DNA of 64,000 nt from Planctomycetota bacterium. Lineage in GTDB: Bacteria > Planctomycetota > Phycisphaerae > WQYP01. The stretch covers positions 32,753 to 96,752 of the forward strand of contig JAKBCC010000001.1 of the NCBI GenBank assembly GCA_021808105.1. Reading direction: 5' to 3'. A model generated the notes under the pieces. The model worked only from the letters and a program-made list of their open reading frames with translations. It was not told where the DNA came from and made no database searches. This document shows, piece by piece, positions 21,565-30,688 of the stretch. The position numbers were made by a program, and so were the translations under genes. The first letter of the stretch is position 1. Every line of letters begins with the position of its first letter.

Positions 21565-23199
21565 ATGATTCTTCAATTCATCGTACTGTTGTTCATCATC
21601 CTGTTTGCGCTTTATATGGCCAATGAGGGGCCGCTGTCCGCATTGCTCCTGTTGTGCGCCAGCTTCTTTGCTTCTACGTTGGCGATGGGTGTTTATCAGG
21701 CGTGGGCGAATCCGATTCTGAATCATCGTCCTGATTTTGCCTATGGTGTTACCTTTTTACTGGTGTTTTTTCTGGCGTTTTCGCTCATTCGAACGGCCTT
21801 TGACTACCTGATTCGCGGCGATGTGGAATTACCGCTCTGGCCCGGGCGAATCGTCGGGGGCGCGTTTGGCTTTTTTACGGCCATGATTTTAGTTGGCACG
21901 GTCATGGCGGGCGTGCAGATGCTGCCGCTGCCCAGCAGTATTCTGGGATACTCCCGGTACGACACCGCCGCAGATTTGGCCAGTAATTCCCCCAGTGGAC
22001 TGTGGCTGGACCCGGATGGCTTTGTGACCAGCTTGTGGGGCATGGTCAGCGGCCGCAGTATGGGCGGACATTCATTCAGCAAGTATAACCCGCAACCGTT
22101 GCGGCAATGGTTTGGCGACCGCTATACCGTTCAATACGCCGGTGCCAAAGCCCTTCCACCGAGTCTGTTGCATGTTCCTTTTGCCGGGCCGCTGCCGGCC
22201 GCAATGATTACGCGCTACGGCATTCCCGCCGCTGGAAAGCAGGCTATTTTGGTCCGCACGGAAGTCAATCATGGCAGCGCGCAGCCTGATGTAAGCTCCG
22301 ATCAGGGCTATTTTCGCCTGACACCTGCAGAGGTGCAGTTGGTCACATCCGGCGGAATGTATTTTCCCAGCGGTTATCTTGTAGATGGCCGCCGCTACGC
22401 GCCTCTGAAGCCGAATACCGCCCTGGTCGATGACTTCCGAACCGTGCATGGTCATCGGCGCGTGGTGCAAGACTGGATTTTCCTTATTCCCGCCAACGAC
22501 CAGCCCGTGGCATTGCACATGAAGCAGACGGCTACGGTGGACCTCACGGGCATGACCAGTGAAAAACTTGAGCCTCTGCGAGCCTCGGCTTATCCGCAAC
22601 TGCCTTACAACAACTCTTCTCTGACCGTGCACTTAGCCGCAGGGAATCTTTCATCCGCTCCGGTCGATATGTGGATTATTCCCGCCGGTACTCGCATGGC
22701 CGATGTTCGGTTTGTCATGCAACCCGCTTCCTCCAGACTCGGACGAATTCGCCGCGCCATTAGAGCCGGCAAACCGCCCTGGTCATCAGCCAATATCACC
22801 GGGACACCCAATACGTCCATGACCACCATGTATCACCAAAATGCCTTGAATCTCCGGCTGCAACATGATGCGGCGTGGGCGCAGATATTACCGGTATTAT
22901 TTGCATCGCAGGTTGGCACCAACACCAATAATTCACTCACACGCATGCGCAGCTACTTCCGCAGCAGCATCAAGCCGCTGCTGGCCGGTCAGCGCGTGGC
23001 GGCTAGGACGCTCAACGCACAGGGTTCGCTGAATAAGGCCATTAAAATTGGACCGGGCCAATATGACGTTATCATCTGGACGCACACCGCCGCACAAATG
23101 CGCGTCTGGCTCAAATCCGTCACTGTGCATGAGGGTGGCAAAGCCGCCGTACAGGTTTCATCAGGTGACAAAATTGTGAACTATTCAATAGCGCAATAA
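21565..23199 (+). CDS. CvpA-like membrane domain protein with large C-terminal extracytoplasmic domain
   Basis: The N-terminal 4 TM region resembles the colicin V production protein CvpA. The remaining 400 aa have no recognisable motif. Confidence 0.5.
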   Translation: MILQFIVLLFIILFALYMANEGPLSALLLLCASFFASTLAMGVYQAWANPILNHRPDFAYGVTFLLVFFLAFSLIRTAFDYLIRGDVELPLWPGRIVGGAFGFFTAMILVGTVMAGVQMLPLPSSILGYSRYDTAADLASNSPSGLWLDPDGFVTSLWGMVSGRSMGGHSFSKYNPQPLRQWFGDRYTVQYAGAKALPPSLLHVPFAGPLPAAMITRYGIPAAGKQAILVRTEVNHGSAQPDVSSDQGYFRLTPAEVQLVTSGGMYFPSGYLVDGRRYAPLKPNTALVDDFRTVHGHRRVVQDWIFLIPANDQPVALHMKQTATVDLTGMTSEKLEPLRASAYPQLPYNNSSLTVHLAAGNLSSAPVDMWIIPAGTRMADVRFVMQPASSRLGRIRRAIRAGKPPWSSANITGTPNTSMTTMYHQNALNLRLQHDAAWAQILPVLFASQVGTNTNNSLTRMRSYFRSSIKPLLAGQRVAARTLNAQGSLNKAIKIGPGQYDVIIWTHTAAQMRVWLKSVTVHEGGKAAVQVSSGDKIVNYSIAQ

Positions 23200-23218
23200 G
23201 TGTTACGGCATCAGGGTC

Positions 23219-23245
23219 TTGACCTGTGCGGAATTGTGCTACAAT
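23219..23245 (+). promoter_or_regulatory. candidate sigma70 promoter of sod (TTGACC-N15-TGcTACAAT)
   Basis: -35 TTGACC at 23219; extended -10 TGCTACAAT ending at 23245; about 70 nt upstream of the sod ATG. Confidence 0.35.
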
Positions 23246-23316
23246 AACAATACTGAACTGGCTGCCGCAGGTAAGTGGCTCATTGAATGGGTAAATTGTT
23301 TTTCAGGAGTACCGTC

Positions 23317-23952
23317 ATGGCTTTTCAACTTCCTTCGTTACCGTATGATTTCAGCGCTCTGGAACCTGTTATTGATACGCAAACCATGCAGATTCACCAT
23401 GGCAAGCATCACGGCGCGTATGTGACCAATCTTAACAATGCCATCGCCGGCAAGCCCGCATTAGAAGCCAAAAGCCTGGACGCGCTTATCGAAGATATCG
23501 CTTCGGTGCCCGAAGATATCCGCACAGTAGTGCGTAACAATGGCGGCGGCCATGCCAATCACAGCATGTTCTGGCAAATCCTGGCACCCAAGGGCAAAGG
23601 CGGCGGCGGCGAGCCGACCGGCGACCTTGCCGCCGCAATTAACTCCGCCTTTGGATCCTTCGCGGATTTCAAGACCCGCTTCGGGGAAGCCGCGACCAAG
23701 CGCTTTGGCTCCGGCTGGTCTTGGCTGGTTGTGAAGAATGGCAAACTGGCCATTGGTTCAACCGCCAATCAAGATAATCCACTGATGGGCGAAGCGGTTT
23801 GCGGCCTGTCCGGCAAGCCGATTCTGGGGCTGGATGTATGGGAACACGCCTATTACCTCAAATATCAAAATCGCAGGCCTGAGTACATCACCAATTGGTG
23901 GGAAGTGGTCAACTGGGCTAAAGTTGCCGAGCTGTATCAGGCCGCTAAATAG
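23317..23952 (+). CDS. sodA: Fe/Mn superoxide dismutase
   Basis: LPYDF..LEP, HHGKHH and DVWEHAYY motifs. AGGAG ribosome-binding site. Confidence 0.95.
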   Translation: MAFQLPSLPYDFSALEPVIDTQTMQIHHGKHHGAYVTNLNNAIAGKPALEAKSLDALIEDIASVPEDIRTVVRNNGGGHANHSMFWQILAPKGKGGGGEPTGDLAAAINSAFGSFADFKTRFGEAATKRFGSGWSWLVVKNGKLAIGSTANQDNPLMGEAVCGLSGKPILGLDVWEHAYYLKYQNRRPEYITNWWEVVNWAKVAELYQAAK

Positions 23953-24305
23953 TCGCGGGGGACACAAGCACTTGACAGCTTTTTCATTACCTTTTTCCTA
24001 CCGCCTCCAGCTTGCGGCTGTGCTGGTTGTTTACATACTCTGTGCGGCATGTTTCCTGTGCATACTGCCGACGTCTGGGTCTATCCAATATCCCGGTTGC
24101 GGAAGAGCGGCAACGCAAATGCCGCCCCGAACGGACTCCAGAATTGACGCCACCAGTGTCGGCTTTGCATGGAACGGCGGCGGCTGCGATGGGAAGACGG
24201 ATATAAAAGTATTTAACCGGCAAGCTCCTGGCGACAGGCGCTCTTCTGTCAACAACCCGTAACTGGAACCTGCCCAACCTCCCCTTGTTTTTGGCTATGG
24301 AGGCC

Positions 24306-24314
24306 TGCTATAAT
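24306..24314 (+). promoter_or_regulatory. extended -10 element TGCTATAAT upstream of the GT2 gene
   Basis: Perfect TGnTATAAT at 24306-24314. Confidence 0.3.
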
Positions 24315-24430
24315 AGGTGGGGCTTGACGTGGAACACAGCAATCAGGTCGGCACCGTTTGGTTTCTTCCGAACAGTGCGGCACTGCGATTGCTCGCATAG
24401 GCGACGGTAGTCGGTGGTTGTCAGGCGTGT

Positions 24431-25480
24431 TTGCGGGAGTATTTCGTGGGACCGCGTATATCGGTTTGTATCCCGACGCATAACCGTTCGGGTTTACTGC
24501 AGAAGACGCTGAAGAGTCTGGCTGCGGTGGAACCGTGCCCTGATATAACTTGGGAAATCATTGTCGTCGCGAATTGCTGCACAGATGATACGCTGCACGT
24601 CGTCGATGCACTCAAAGAGCACGTACCTGTTAAGTTGTTGATAATCGAAGAAGCGGACCTTGGTGTGGTGGCAGCGCGAAACCGGGCGTTGCGACATGCA
24701 CGCGGCGAGATCATCGCCTTTTTGGATGATGATGTGCTCGTTCGTCCGCTGTGGTTGTGTGAACTTGTAAAAGCTTTTGACTCCCAACCTGATATGCTTG
24801 TGGGCCGGGTTTATCTGGACTGGCATACATTGTCCCGTCCTACTTGGTTTGATGCCGGTATGGGCCAGTATCTCGCGCAGGTTGATCTCGGTGATGTCCC
24901 CATGCTTTTGCAGAATCCATTGGGGGCGGGGGCTAATCTGGCGATTACCCGGGACATGCTGCAACGTATTGGAGGATTCTGCTGTCCGTTGGAGCGCACG
25001 GGTAAACGCACGGCCGGGGAAGATACTGACTTGATAGCTCGAGCGATGCGCGCCAAGGGGCGTGTGCTGTATGCCCCAACCGTGACGGTGGATCACTATG
25101 TAGCGGCGGCAAGATTGACAGTCCGATATCTGAGAGGGGTCGCGTTTGATGTGGGCATGGCGGAGTACCTGATCGCGCCGAGTATCAGCGCAGGTGAACT
25201 GGCGGCAAATCTGGGCAAGAAAATTCCGCGTTTGCTTCAACGATCGGTCCGCTGGCTGCTGGTAGTGCCATTTAATCAGCGGGCGGCGGCTTGTTTGCGC
25301 GTCAGCTTGGCAAAAACACGCGGAAATATTGGGGGAATCATGCTTTGTGCCTGGCGTAGTATGTTGGGGCGCTCGGTGAGGCCGCCCGTTTTCGGAGACT
25401 TGCCCGAGTTGTCGGCCACCATTGCTTCCGGAAATTCAGCGGCTCCGGCGGACCAATTAATGGCCGGTACGCATGGTTAA
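24431..25480 (+). CDS. family 2 glycosyltransferase
   Basis: SVCIPTHNRSG..L..L.S....P......EIIVV.N...D.T and FLDDDVL (DXD). Confidence 0.85.
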   Translation: MREYFVGPRISVCIPTHNRSGLLQKTLKSLAAVEPCPDITWEIIVVANCCTDDTLHVVDALKEHVPVKLLIIEEADLGVVAARNRALRHARGEIIAFLDDDVLVRPLWLCELVKAFDSQPDMLVGRVYLDWHTLSRPTWFDAGMGQYLAQVDLGDVPMLLQNPLGAGANLAITRDMLQRIGGFCCPLERTGKRTAGEDTDLIARAMRAKGRVLYAPTVTVDHYVAAARLTVRYLRGVAFDVGMAEYLIAPSISAGELAANLGKKIPRLLQRSVRWLLVVPFNQRAAACLRVSLAKTRGNIGGIMLCAWRSMLGRSVRPPVFGDLPELSATIASGNSAAPADQLMAGTHG

Positions 25481-25583
25481 TTCGGACGCGGCCGCTTGAG
25501 AATTACCAATGGTTCCGGGAAAATGAGGTTCTGCTCGATACAGCGGCCAACGCCGCACGGTCAGAAATGCCTGGAATTCTTTT

Positions 25584-27887
25584 ATGACCTCAACAACCTG
25601 CACCGGTCATTGTAGTTTGCCCGTCCCAATTGGCGGGGCGTATGGTAAGGCGCGAGTGTGTATCGCATCACCCGATATTTCCGGCCCGATTAAAAACGGT
25701 GGGATTGGCAGCGCTTACACCGCACTGGCAATGGCACTGTCCCGCGGCGGACACGACGTAACTATTTTGTATCCGCATGGCACGCATAGCGAAGATGGCC
25801 CGATTACTCAATGGGTTGAATTTTATGCCGCGCATGGAATAAGATTTATCCCGCTTTCCTTACCGACCTGTACCACACTGGCAGGCAGCAAAGCCATGAT
25901 ACTTAGTTACACCGTTTTTGAGCATTTTCGCACGTGTGCTGCGCGCTATGATGTTATTCATTTTCCGGAATGGCTGGCTTTGGGTTACTACAGTATTCTG
26001 GGAAAAAAGCAGGGGCTGATCCTGCAAAACAGCACGATTGTCCTGGGCTTGCACAGCCCGCACCTGTGGAATATGCGGTACAACAATGAACCCGTACTCG
26101 ATGCAAATATCTTAACTCTGGATTTTATGGAACGCCAATGCGCAGCGTTGGCTGATGTGGTCGTCAGCCCCAGCGCATACATGATTCAGTGGTGCCAGGG
26201 GCAGGGGTGGACGTTTCCGCCTGATACGTATGTACAACCTTATGTGGTGCCTGTGGCGAAAGGGGCAACGAATCCAAACGCGGCGGCTCAAAATAAAATC
26301 ACGGAAATGGTCTTTTTTGGACGCCTGGATATCCGCAAGGGGTTGCACCTGTTCTGCGACGCGGTGGATCAATCCCGGCTATGCGACAGGCAGGATGTTG
26401 CCATCGTATTTCTGGGCCGGTCTGTGGACGTCAACGGATTAAACTCTACCGAGGTCATTCGCCGGAGAAGTAAAAACTGGCGGTGCCCGGTGAAGCTGAT
26501 AACGGACTTTGGCCGCGATGAGGCGGTAGAGTATTTGCGCCAGCCGGGGCGGTTGGCGGTTATTGCATCCTTGGCGGACAACTCCCCCAATACCGTTTAT
26601 GAATGTCTTTCCAACAGGATTGCCTTTATTGCCGTGCGTACCGGCGGCATTCCGGAAGTTATCGCACGCGAGGATTGGCCGCACGTGCTTTGCGATCCGG
26701 ACGTTTCCGCGTTGGCCACGCATCTGGAACATGCAGTGGAAAATCCCCCCGCTTGCGCGCATCCCGCCATGGACTTTGCGGCCAATGAACAGACTTGGAA
26801 TCGGTGGCACGCGCATTTTGCGGAGGCGGACACCGTGCGTGAAAAAGCGGTGGCCAGCGGTGCCTACATCGCTGCCGGCTCTGCCGGCGGTGGGGCGCGT
26901 CGAGCATCCGCAGGGCACGTGCCCGACCGCAGCGAAATGGGCGATGGCGATCCAGCCGCGGAAACATCTGCGCAAGCTCCGCTGCTAACCGTGTGCTTGG
27001 TGCAACAAGGTACGGGGACCCAGACCCTGCGCGCCATCCACAGCCTCCAAACCCAGGATTATTCCTCCACGCAGGTTATTCTGCTGCTTAAATCAACCGG
27101 TGGGGCCGATACGGGCAGCCTGCCGCCGCAAGAGAAAATGCAACTCATTAACCGCGGTTGGAAAATTATTTGCTTTGCCGGGTCGGATGGCAAATCTCCC
27201 TATGATTCAGCAGTGCAATATGCTCAAGGCACGGTGCTGCTGCTGATGGATGACAGCGGCAGTCTGGTGCCCCATGCGGTGCGCACGCTGGTAAACGCGA
27301 TGCGGGCAAGTGCCGTGGATATTCTGACCGGTGCCCAGGGCCTGTTTGATGAGGCCCCCACACCGGATTACAGTTCTGCACCGCGGAAAATTCAGTTATT
27401 TTCCGGCTGTCCGGCGGCGGGATTGTTCAGAAATGTTTTCGGCGGCCATGCGGTATTAATAACATCGGCAGCATTTAAGGAGCTGGGCGGATTTAGCGCG
27501 ACAACACAGGAATCGCAGGAAATTTCAAATTCTGCCGCCTGGTGGGCGTTCTACGCGCGGGCAGCCCTGTCCCCCTTGAGGATGCAGTGTTTGCCGATGC
27601 CGGTGCTGTGGGCTTGCGTGGCGGAACAGCCCGATACGGGGGCACCGGGGATTGACTATTTATTGGCGGATATTTACCGGGAACAACTGGATCCGAAAAT
27701 CTCTCTTCTGGCGCTGTTTGCCCGTGGTGTGAAGCTCAAGGCCGATATCGCCCTGCCCCATTGGAAGGGAGATGGGCCTGTGCGTATCGGGTTGTTGCGG
27801 GAGATAGCCCAGACAATGAAGGACCTTCGCAGAAAAACCCGGCGAATTCGCTATATGTTCAAGGGAAAATCGCCGCCTGGGAATTAA
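25584..27887 (+). CDS. two-domain glycosyltransferase (GT4-like N-terminal, GT2-like C-terminal)
   Basis: GGIGSAYTALAMALSRGGHDVTIL (GT4 N-terminal subdomain) and a later LLTVCLVQQ...LLMDDSG GT2-like region. Confidence 0.7.
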   Translation: MTSTTCTGHCSLPVPIGGAYGKARVCIASPDISGPIKNGGIGSAYTALAMALSRGGHDVTILYPHGTHSEDGPITQWVEFYAAHGIRFIPLSLPTCTTLAGSKAMILSYTVFEHFRTCAARYDVIHFPEWLALGYYSILGKKQGLILQNSTIVLGLHSPHLWNMRYNNEPVLDANILTLDFMERQCAALADVVVSPSAYMIQWCQGQGWTFPPDTYVQPYVVPVAKGATNPNAAAQNKITEMVFFGRLDIRKGLHLFCDAVDQSRLCDRQDVAIVFLGRSVDVNGLNSTEVIRRRSKNWRCPVKLITDFGRDEAVEYLRQPGRLAVIASLADNSPNTVYECLSNRIAFIAVRTGGIPEVIAREDWPHVLCDPDVSALATHLEHAVENPPACAHPAMDFAANEQTWNRWHAHFAEADTVREKAVASGAYIAAGSAGGGARRASAGHVPDRSEMGDGDPAAETSAQAPLLTVCLVQQGTGTQTLRAIHSLQTQDYSSTQVILLLKSTGGADTGSLPPQEKMQLINRGWKIICFAGSDGKSPYDSAVQYAQGTVLLLMDDSGSLVPHAVRTLVNAMRASAVDILTGAQGLFDEAPTPDYSSAPRKIQLFSGCPAAGLFRNVFGGHAVLITSAAFKELGGFSATTQESQEISNSAAWWAFYARAALSPLRMQCLPMPVLWACVAEQPDTGAPGIDYLLADIYREQLDPKISLLALFARGVKLKADIALPHWKGDGPVRIGLLREIAQTMKDLRRKTRRIRYMFKGKSPPGN

Positions 27888-27952
27888 TTATCCGCCTTGT
27901 GAACCGGGCCAACGCAATGTATACTACTGGTGTATACATTGGAGGTCGCGCG

Positions 27953-28186
27953 ATGGTGCGAACGCAACTCTATCTGACACGGCAGGAACGCCAGGGTTTG
28001 GCTGAGCTGTCACGAGCAACGGGGCGGAACCAAAGTGATTTAATGCGGGAGGCTGTAGATCGCCTGATCGAGCAATTTGGCGCACAGCGGAAGACAATGG
28101 TATTGGATCAAGCTGCTGGGATATGGGCAAAACGCAGAGATTTGCCGAACCTTCGCCGCCTGCGTTCCCAATGGGACCGGGGTTGA
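27953..28186 (+). CDS. ribbon-helix-helix (CopG/RHH) antitoxin-like protein
   Basis: MVRTQLYLTRQERQGLAELSRATGRNQSDLMREAVDRLIE is a typical RHH fold signature. GGAGG ribosome-binding site 7 nt upstream of the ATG at 27953. Confidence 0.7.
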   Translation: MVRTQLYLTRQERQGLAELSRATGRNQSDLMREAVDRLIEQFGAQRKTMVLDQAAGIWAKRRDLPNLRRLRSQWDRG

Positions 28187-28190
28187 AGCT

Positions 28191-28277
28191 GTGACCGAGC
28201 GGATTCTTGTCGATACTGATGTGATGGTTATTCATCCCACGGTGGCGGGGATCAGACCCGCCTATATCAAGAAATAG
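28191..28277 (+). pseudogene. truncated PIN-domain (VapC-like) toxin remnant, 28 codons
   Basis: GTG start 4 nt after the RHH stop. VTERILVDTDVMVI matches the VapC N-terminal strand and catalytic Asp region, then stops. Confidence 0.5.
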
Positions 28278-28380
28278 CGCAACCGTTTCCGTCTACTTTA
28301 ATCAATGCCTGCCGTGTTCACGAAGATGGACCCGTAACGTTTCTGATCTCTGCCGCCTGCTTACCAGAGGGGCATAACTT

Positions 28381-28389
28381 TGCTATAAT
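28381..28389 (+). promoter_or_regulatory. extended -10 element TGCTATAAT upstream of the ABC exporter gene
   Basis: Perfect TGnTATAAT, 34 nt before the ATG at 28423. Confidence 0.35.
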
Positions 28390-28422
28390 CCGGTATTATT
28401 GGATGGTAATCGGGAAACCTTA

Positions 28423-30588
28423 ATGAAACCATTTTGGCGATTAATGCGGGGCGCATGGCCCTACCGGTGGCAGATCGTATTCTCGTTTTTGTGTGCCATC
28501 GGCGTGAGCTTGTCTTACGCCTCGGGGGTAGCCACGCTTTATCCCGTCATGAAAATATTCATGGGGGCCGAGGGGGTGCATGGCTGGCGGGATCAGACCA
28601 TTGCCCAGCAACGCCTGCATATTCAAACATTGGGGCTAAACGCCAGCGCGCGCAAGGGAAAACTCGCCATCAGCATTCTTGGCGTTGGTGCCAAGGCCCA
28701 GACGCCTTTGCATAGCATTCAAATTGGCGATCAAATTCGTAGCGTGCAAATTGTGTCTCCTACCGGGCAGACAATGGGGTCAGCTGATTCCTGGCTCAAA
28801 ATGATGTCTCTATTAGCCAACGCCAAGCCCGGCAGCACCGCGCAATTAACCGTAACCGCCAATGATGGCGCTGCACCGCGAACCCTGGCCGCCACACTTC
28901 CGCCGCTGAAATGGAATACACGCCTCTGGGCGTCCGCGGTGGCGGCTATGCCGCATCGCCGAATCTGGAGCCTGTTTTGGGTGGTGATGGTCTTTATCGG
29001 TTTGTGCATTGTGGGCAGCACGTTCCGGTATCTTCAGAGTTTCATAAGCGGTGTGGTCGCCAATAAAGTCATTATTGATTTGCGCCGCAGGCTCTTTAAT
29101 CACATCCTGGACTTGCCACTGTCTTATACCGCCAACCGAGGCACGCATGACCTAGTTAGCCGGGTTACCCTTGATACAGAGTTTGTCGCTGGTGGGCTGG
29201 GGACGGTGCTGGGAAAAGCGATTTTGGAGCCAACAAAATCGCTTGGCGTCGCGATTCTGGCGGTCATGGTGGATTGGCAGATGTTTCTGGCCATGCTGAT
29301 TGTATTGCCCACGATGGGCGTGGTGATCCGCAAATATGGCAAAAAAATGATGACCATGGGGGGCATGCAACTGCTGGGCTGGTCGGGAGTGGTGGATATC
29401 AGCAGCGAAGCCTTGGGTTCCATTCGGGTGGTCAAGGCGTATTCCGGCACCGGCTACGAGCGGCGCCGCTTTGCCACGGTGAACCGGGATCTGTTTCGGC
29501 ACATTCGGTATATTCAACATTACACGTCTCTTTCGCGTCCGCTGTTTGAGACACTTTCCATTATTCTCGTAAGCATTCCTCTGATGTGGGCGGCGGAACT
29601 GACATTCCATCATTTCATTGGGCGGGAGCAGTTCTTCCTTATGCTCGCTTGCCTCATTGCCATTTTCGAGCCCATGCGCAAACTCAACGATATCAACAGC
29701 CAAGTGCAAATGGCCAACGCGGGTGCTAGCCGCTGCTTTGAAATTTTGGATTTGCCTAAGGAACCGAATCTTTCCCCGAATTTGCCGAAGCTCGCGAGGC
29801 ACAGCCAGACCGTTCAATTTGAGCATGTCTCGTTTAAATATCCTGGCCACGATGAATGGGTCTTGCAAGATATTGACCTGAACGTCGTACGCGGAAAAAT
29901 GGTGGCGGTGGTTGGGAGCAATGGTTCGGGTAAAACCACGCTGCTTTCGCTTTTGCCGCGGCTGTATATTCCCACCGAAGGGCGAATTCGCATTGATGGC
30001 GTGGATACGGCCACGGTATCAGTAAATTCTCTGCGCCGGCAGATTGGCCTGGTCACCCAAGAAGCAGTTTTATTTTCCGATACCATCTATAACAACATCG
30101 TGTACGGGATGAGGCAGGCCACCAATGAGCAGGTCATGGAAGCCGCCCGGCGCAGTTATACCGATGAATTTGTCCGCGACTTGCCGCAGGGCTATCAGAC
30201 GCAGGTGGGGCAGGGCGGCACCCGGCTTTCGGGCGGGCAGCGGCAGCGGGTTGTGCTGGCACGAGCGATCCTGCGTAATCCATCAATTCTGATTTTGGAT
30301 GAAGCCATGAGCCAGGTGGATTCGGACAGCGAAGCGAAAATTGCCTCAGCGCTGGAGGACTTTATGCAAGATCGCACGACGTTTATTATCGCCCATCGTT
30401 TCAGCACAGTGATGTCGGCGCATGTGGTGGTATGTCTGGAAGCCGGCCGGATCGTGGGCTATGGCACGCATCAGGAACTCTTTGCGAGCTGCGTGCCTTA
30501 TCGGCGGTTGTATGATACGCAGCTTCTGGTTCGCGATGGCGCGCCGCTTGAAAAAGCACTACCGTATGCCGTTGGCGCACTGGAATAG
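28423..30588 (+). CDS. ABC exporter, fused TMD-NBD (MsbA/PglK-like) with a large TM1-TM2 loop insertion
   Basis: Six TM helices then an NBD with Walker A GSNGSGKTT, signature LSGGQRQR and Walker B ILILDE. About 130 aa inserted between TM1 and TM2. Confidence 0.85.
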   Translation: MKPFWRLMRGAWPYRWQIVFSFLCAIGVSLSYASGVATLYPVMKIFMGAEGVHGWRDQTIAQQRLHIQTLGLNASARKGKLAISILGVGAKAQTPLHSIQIGDQIRSVQIVSPTGQTMGSADSWLKMMSLLANAKPGSTAQLTVTANDGAAPRTLAATLPPLKWNTRLWASAVAAMPHRRIWSLFWVVMVFIGLCIVGSTFRYLQSFISGVVANKVIIDLRRRLFNHILDLPLSYTANRGTHDLVSRVTLDTEFVAGGLGTVLGKAILEPTKSLGVAILAVMVDWQMFLAMLIVLPTMGVVIRKYGKKMMTMGGMQLLGWSGVVDISSEALGSIRVVKAYSGTGYERRRFATVNRDLFRHIRYIQHYTSLSRPLFETLSIILVSIPLMWAAELTFHHFIGREQFFLMLACLIAIFEPMRKLNDINSQVQMANAGASRCFEILDLPKEPNLSPNLPKLARHSQTVQFEHVSFKYPGHDEWVLQDIDLNVVRGKMVAVVGSNGSGKTTLLSLLPRLYIPTEGRIRIDGVDTATVSVNSLRRQIGLVTQEAVLFSDTIYNNIVYGMRQATNEQVMEAARRSYTDEFVRDLPQGYQTQVGQGGTRLSGGQRQRVVLARAILRNPSILILDEAMSQVDSDSEAKIASALEDFMQDRTTFIIAHRFSTVMSAHVVVCLEAGRIVGYGTHQELFASCVPYRRLYDTQLLVRDGAPLEKALPYAVGALE

Positions 30589-30688
30589 AACTGACGTGTC
30601 CGTTGGAAATCCTGTGTCGGCTCTGGCAGCTTGCGTTTCTGTGTATTCGGGGAAATTATTAACTTGCAACACCTTTGGAGAATCGTTC

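Noticed and set aside
22072-22632. 186 aa antisense ORF inside the CvpA-domain gene
   Set aside because: No motifs; the sense frame has TM helices and a continuous ORF.
27761-27952. N-terminal 64 aa of the ORF-track 27761-28186 ORF
   Set aside because: It overlaps the end of the GT4-GT2 gene. The RHH homology and the ribosome-binding site point to the ATG at 27953.
30422-30688. Upstream extension of the giant + gene (ORF track start 30422)
   Set aside because: It overlaps the 3-prime end of the ABC gene in another frame. Homology starts at the ATG at 30689, which has a GGAGA ribosome-binding site.
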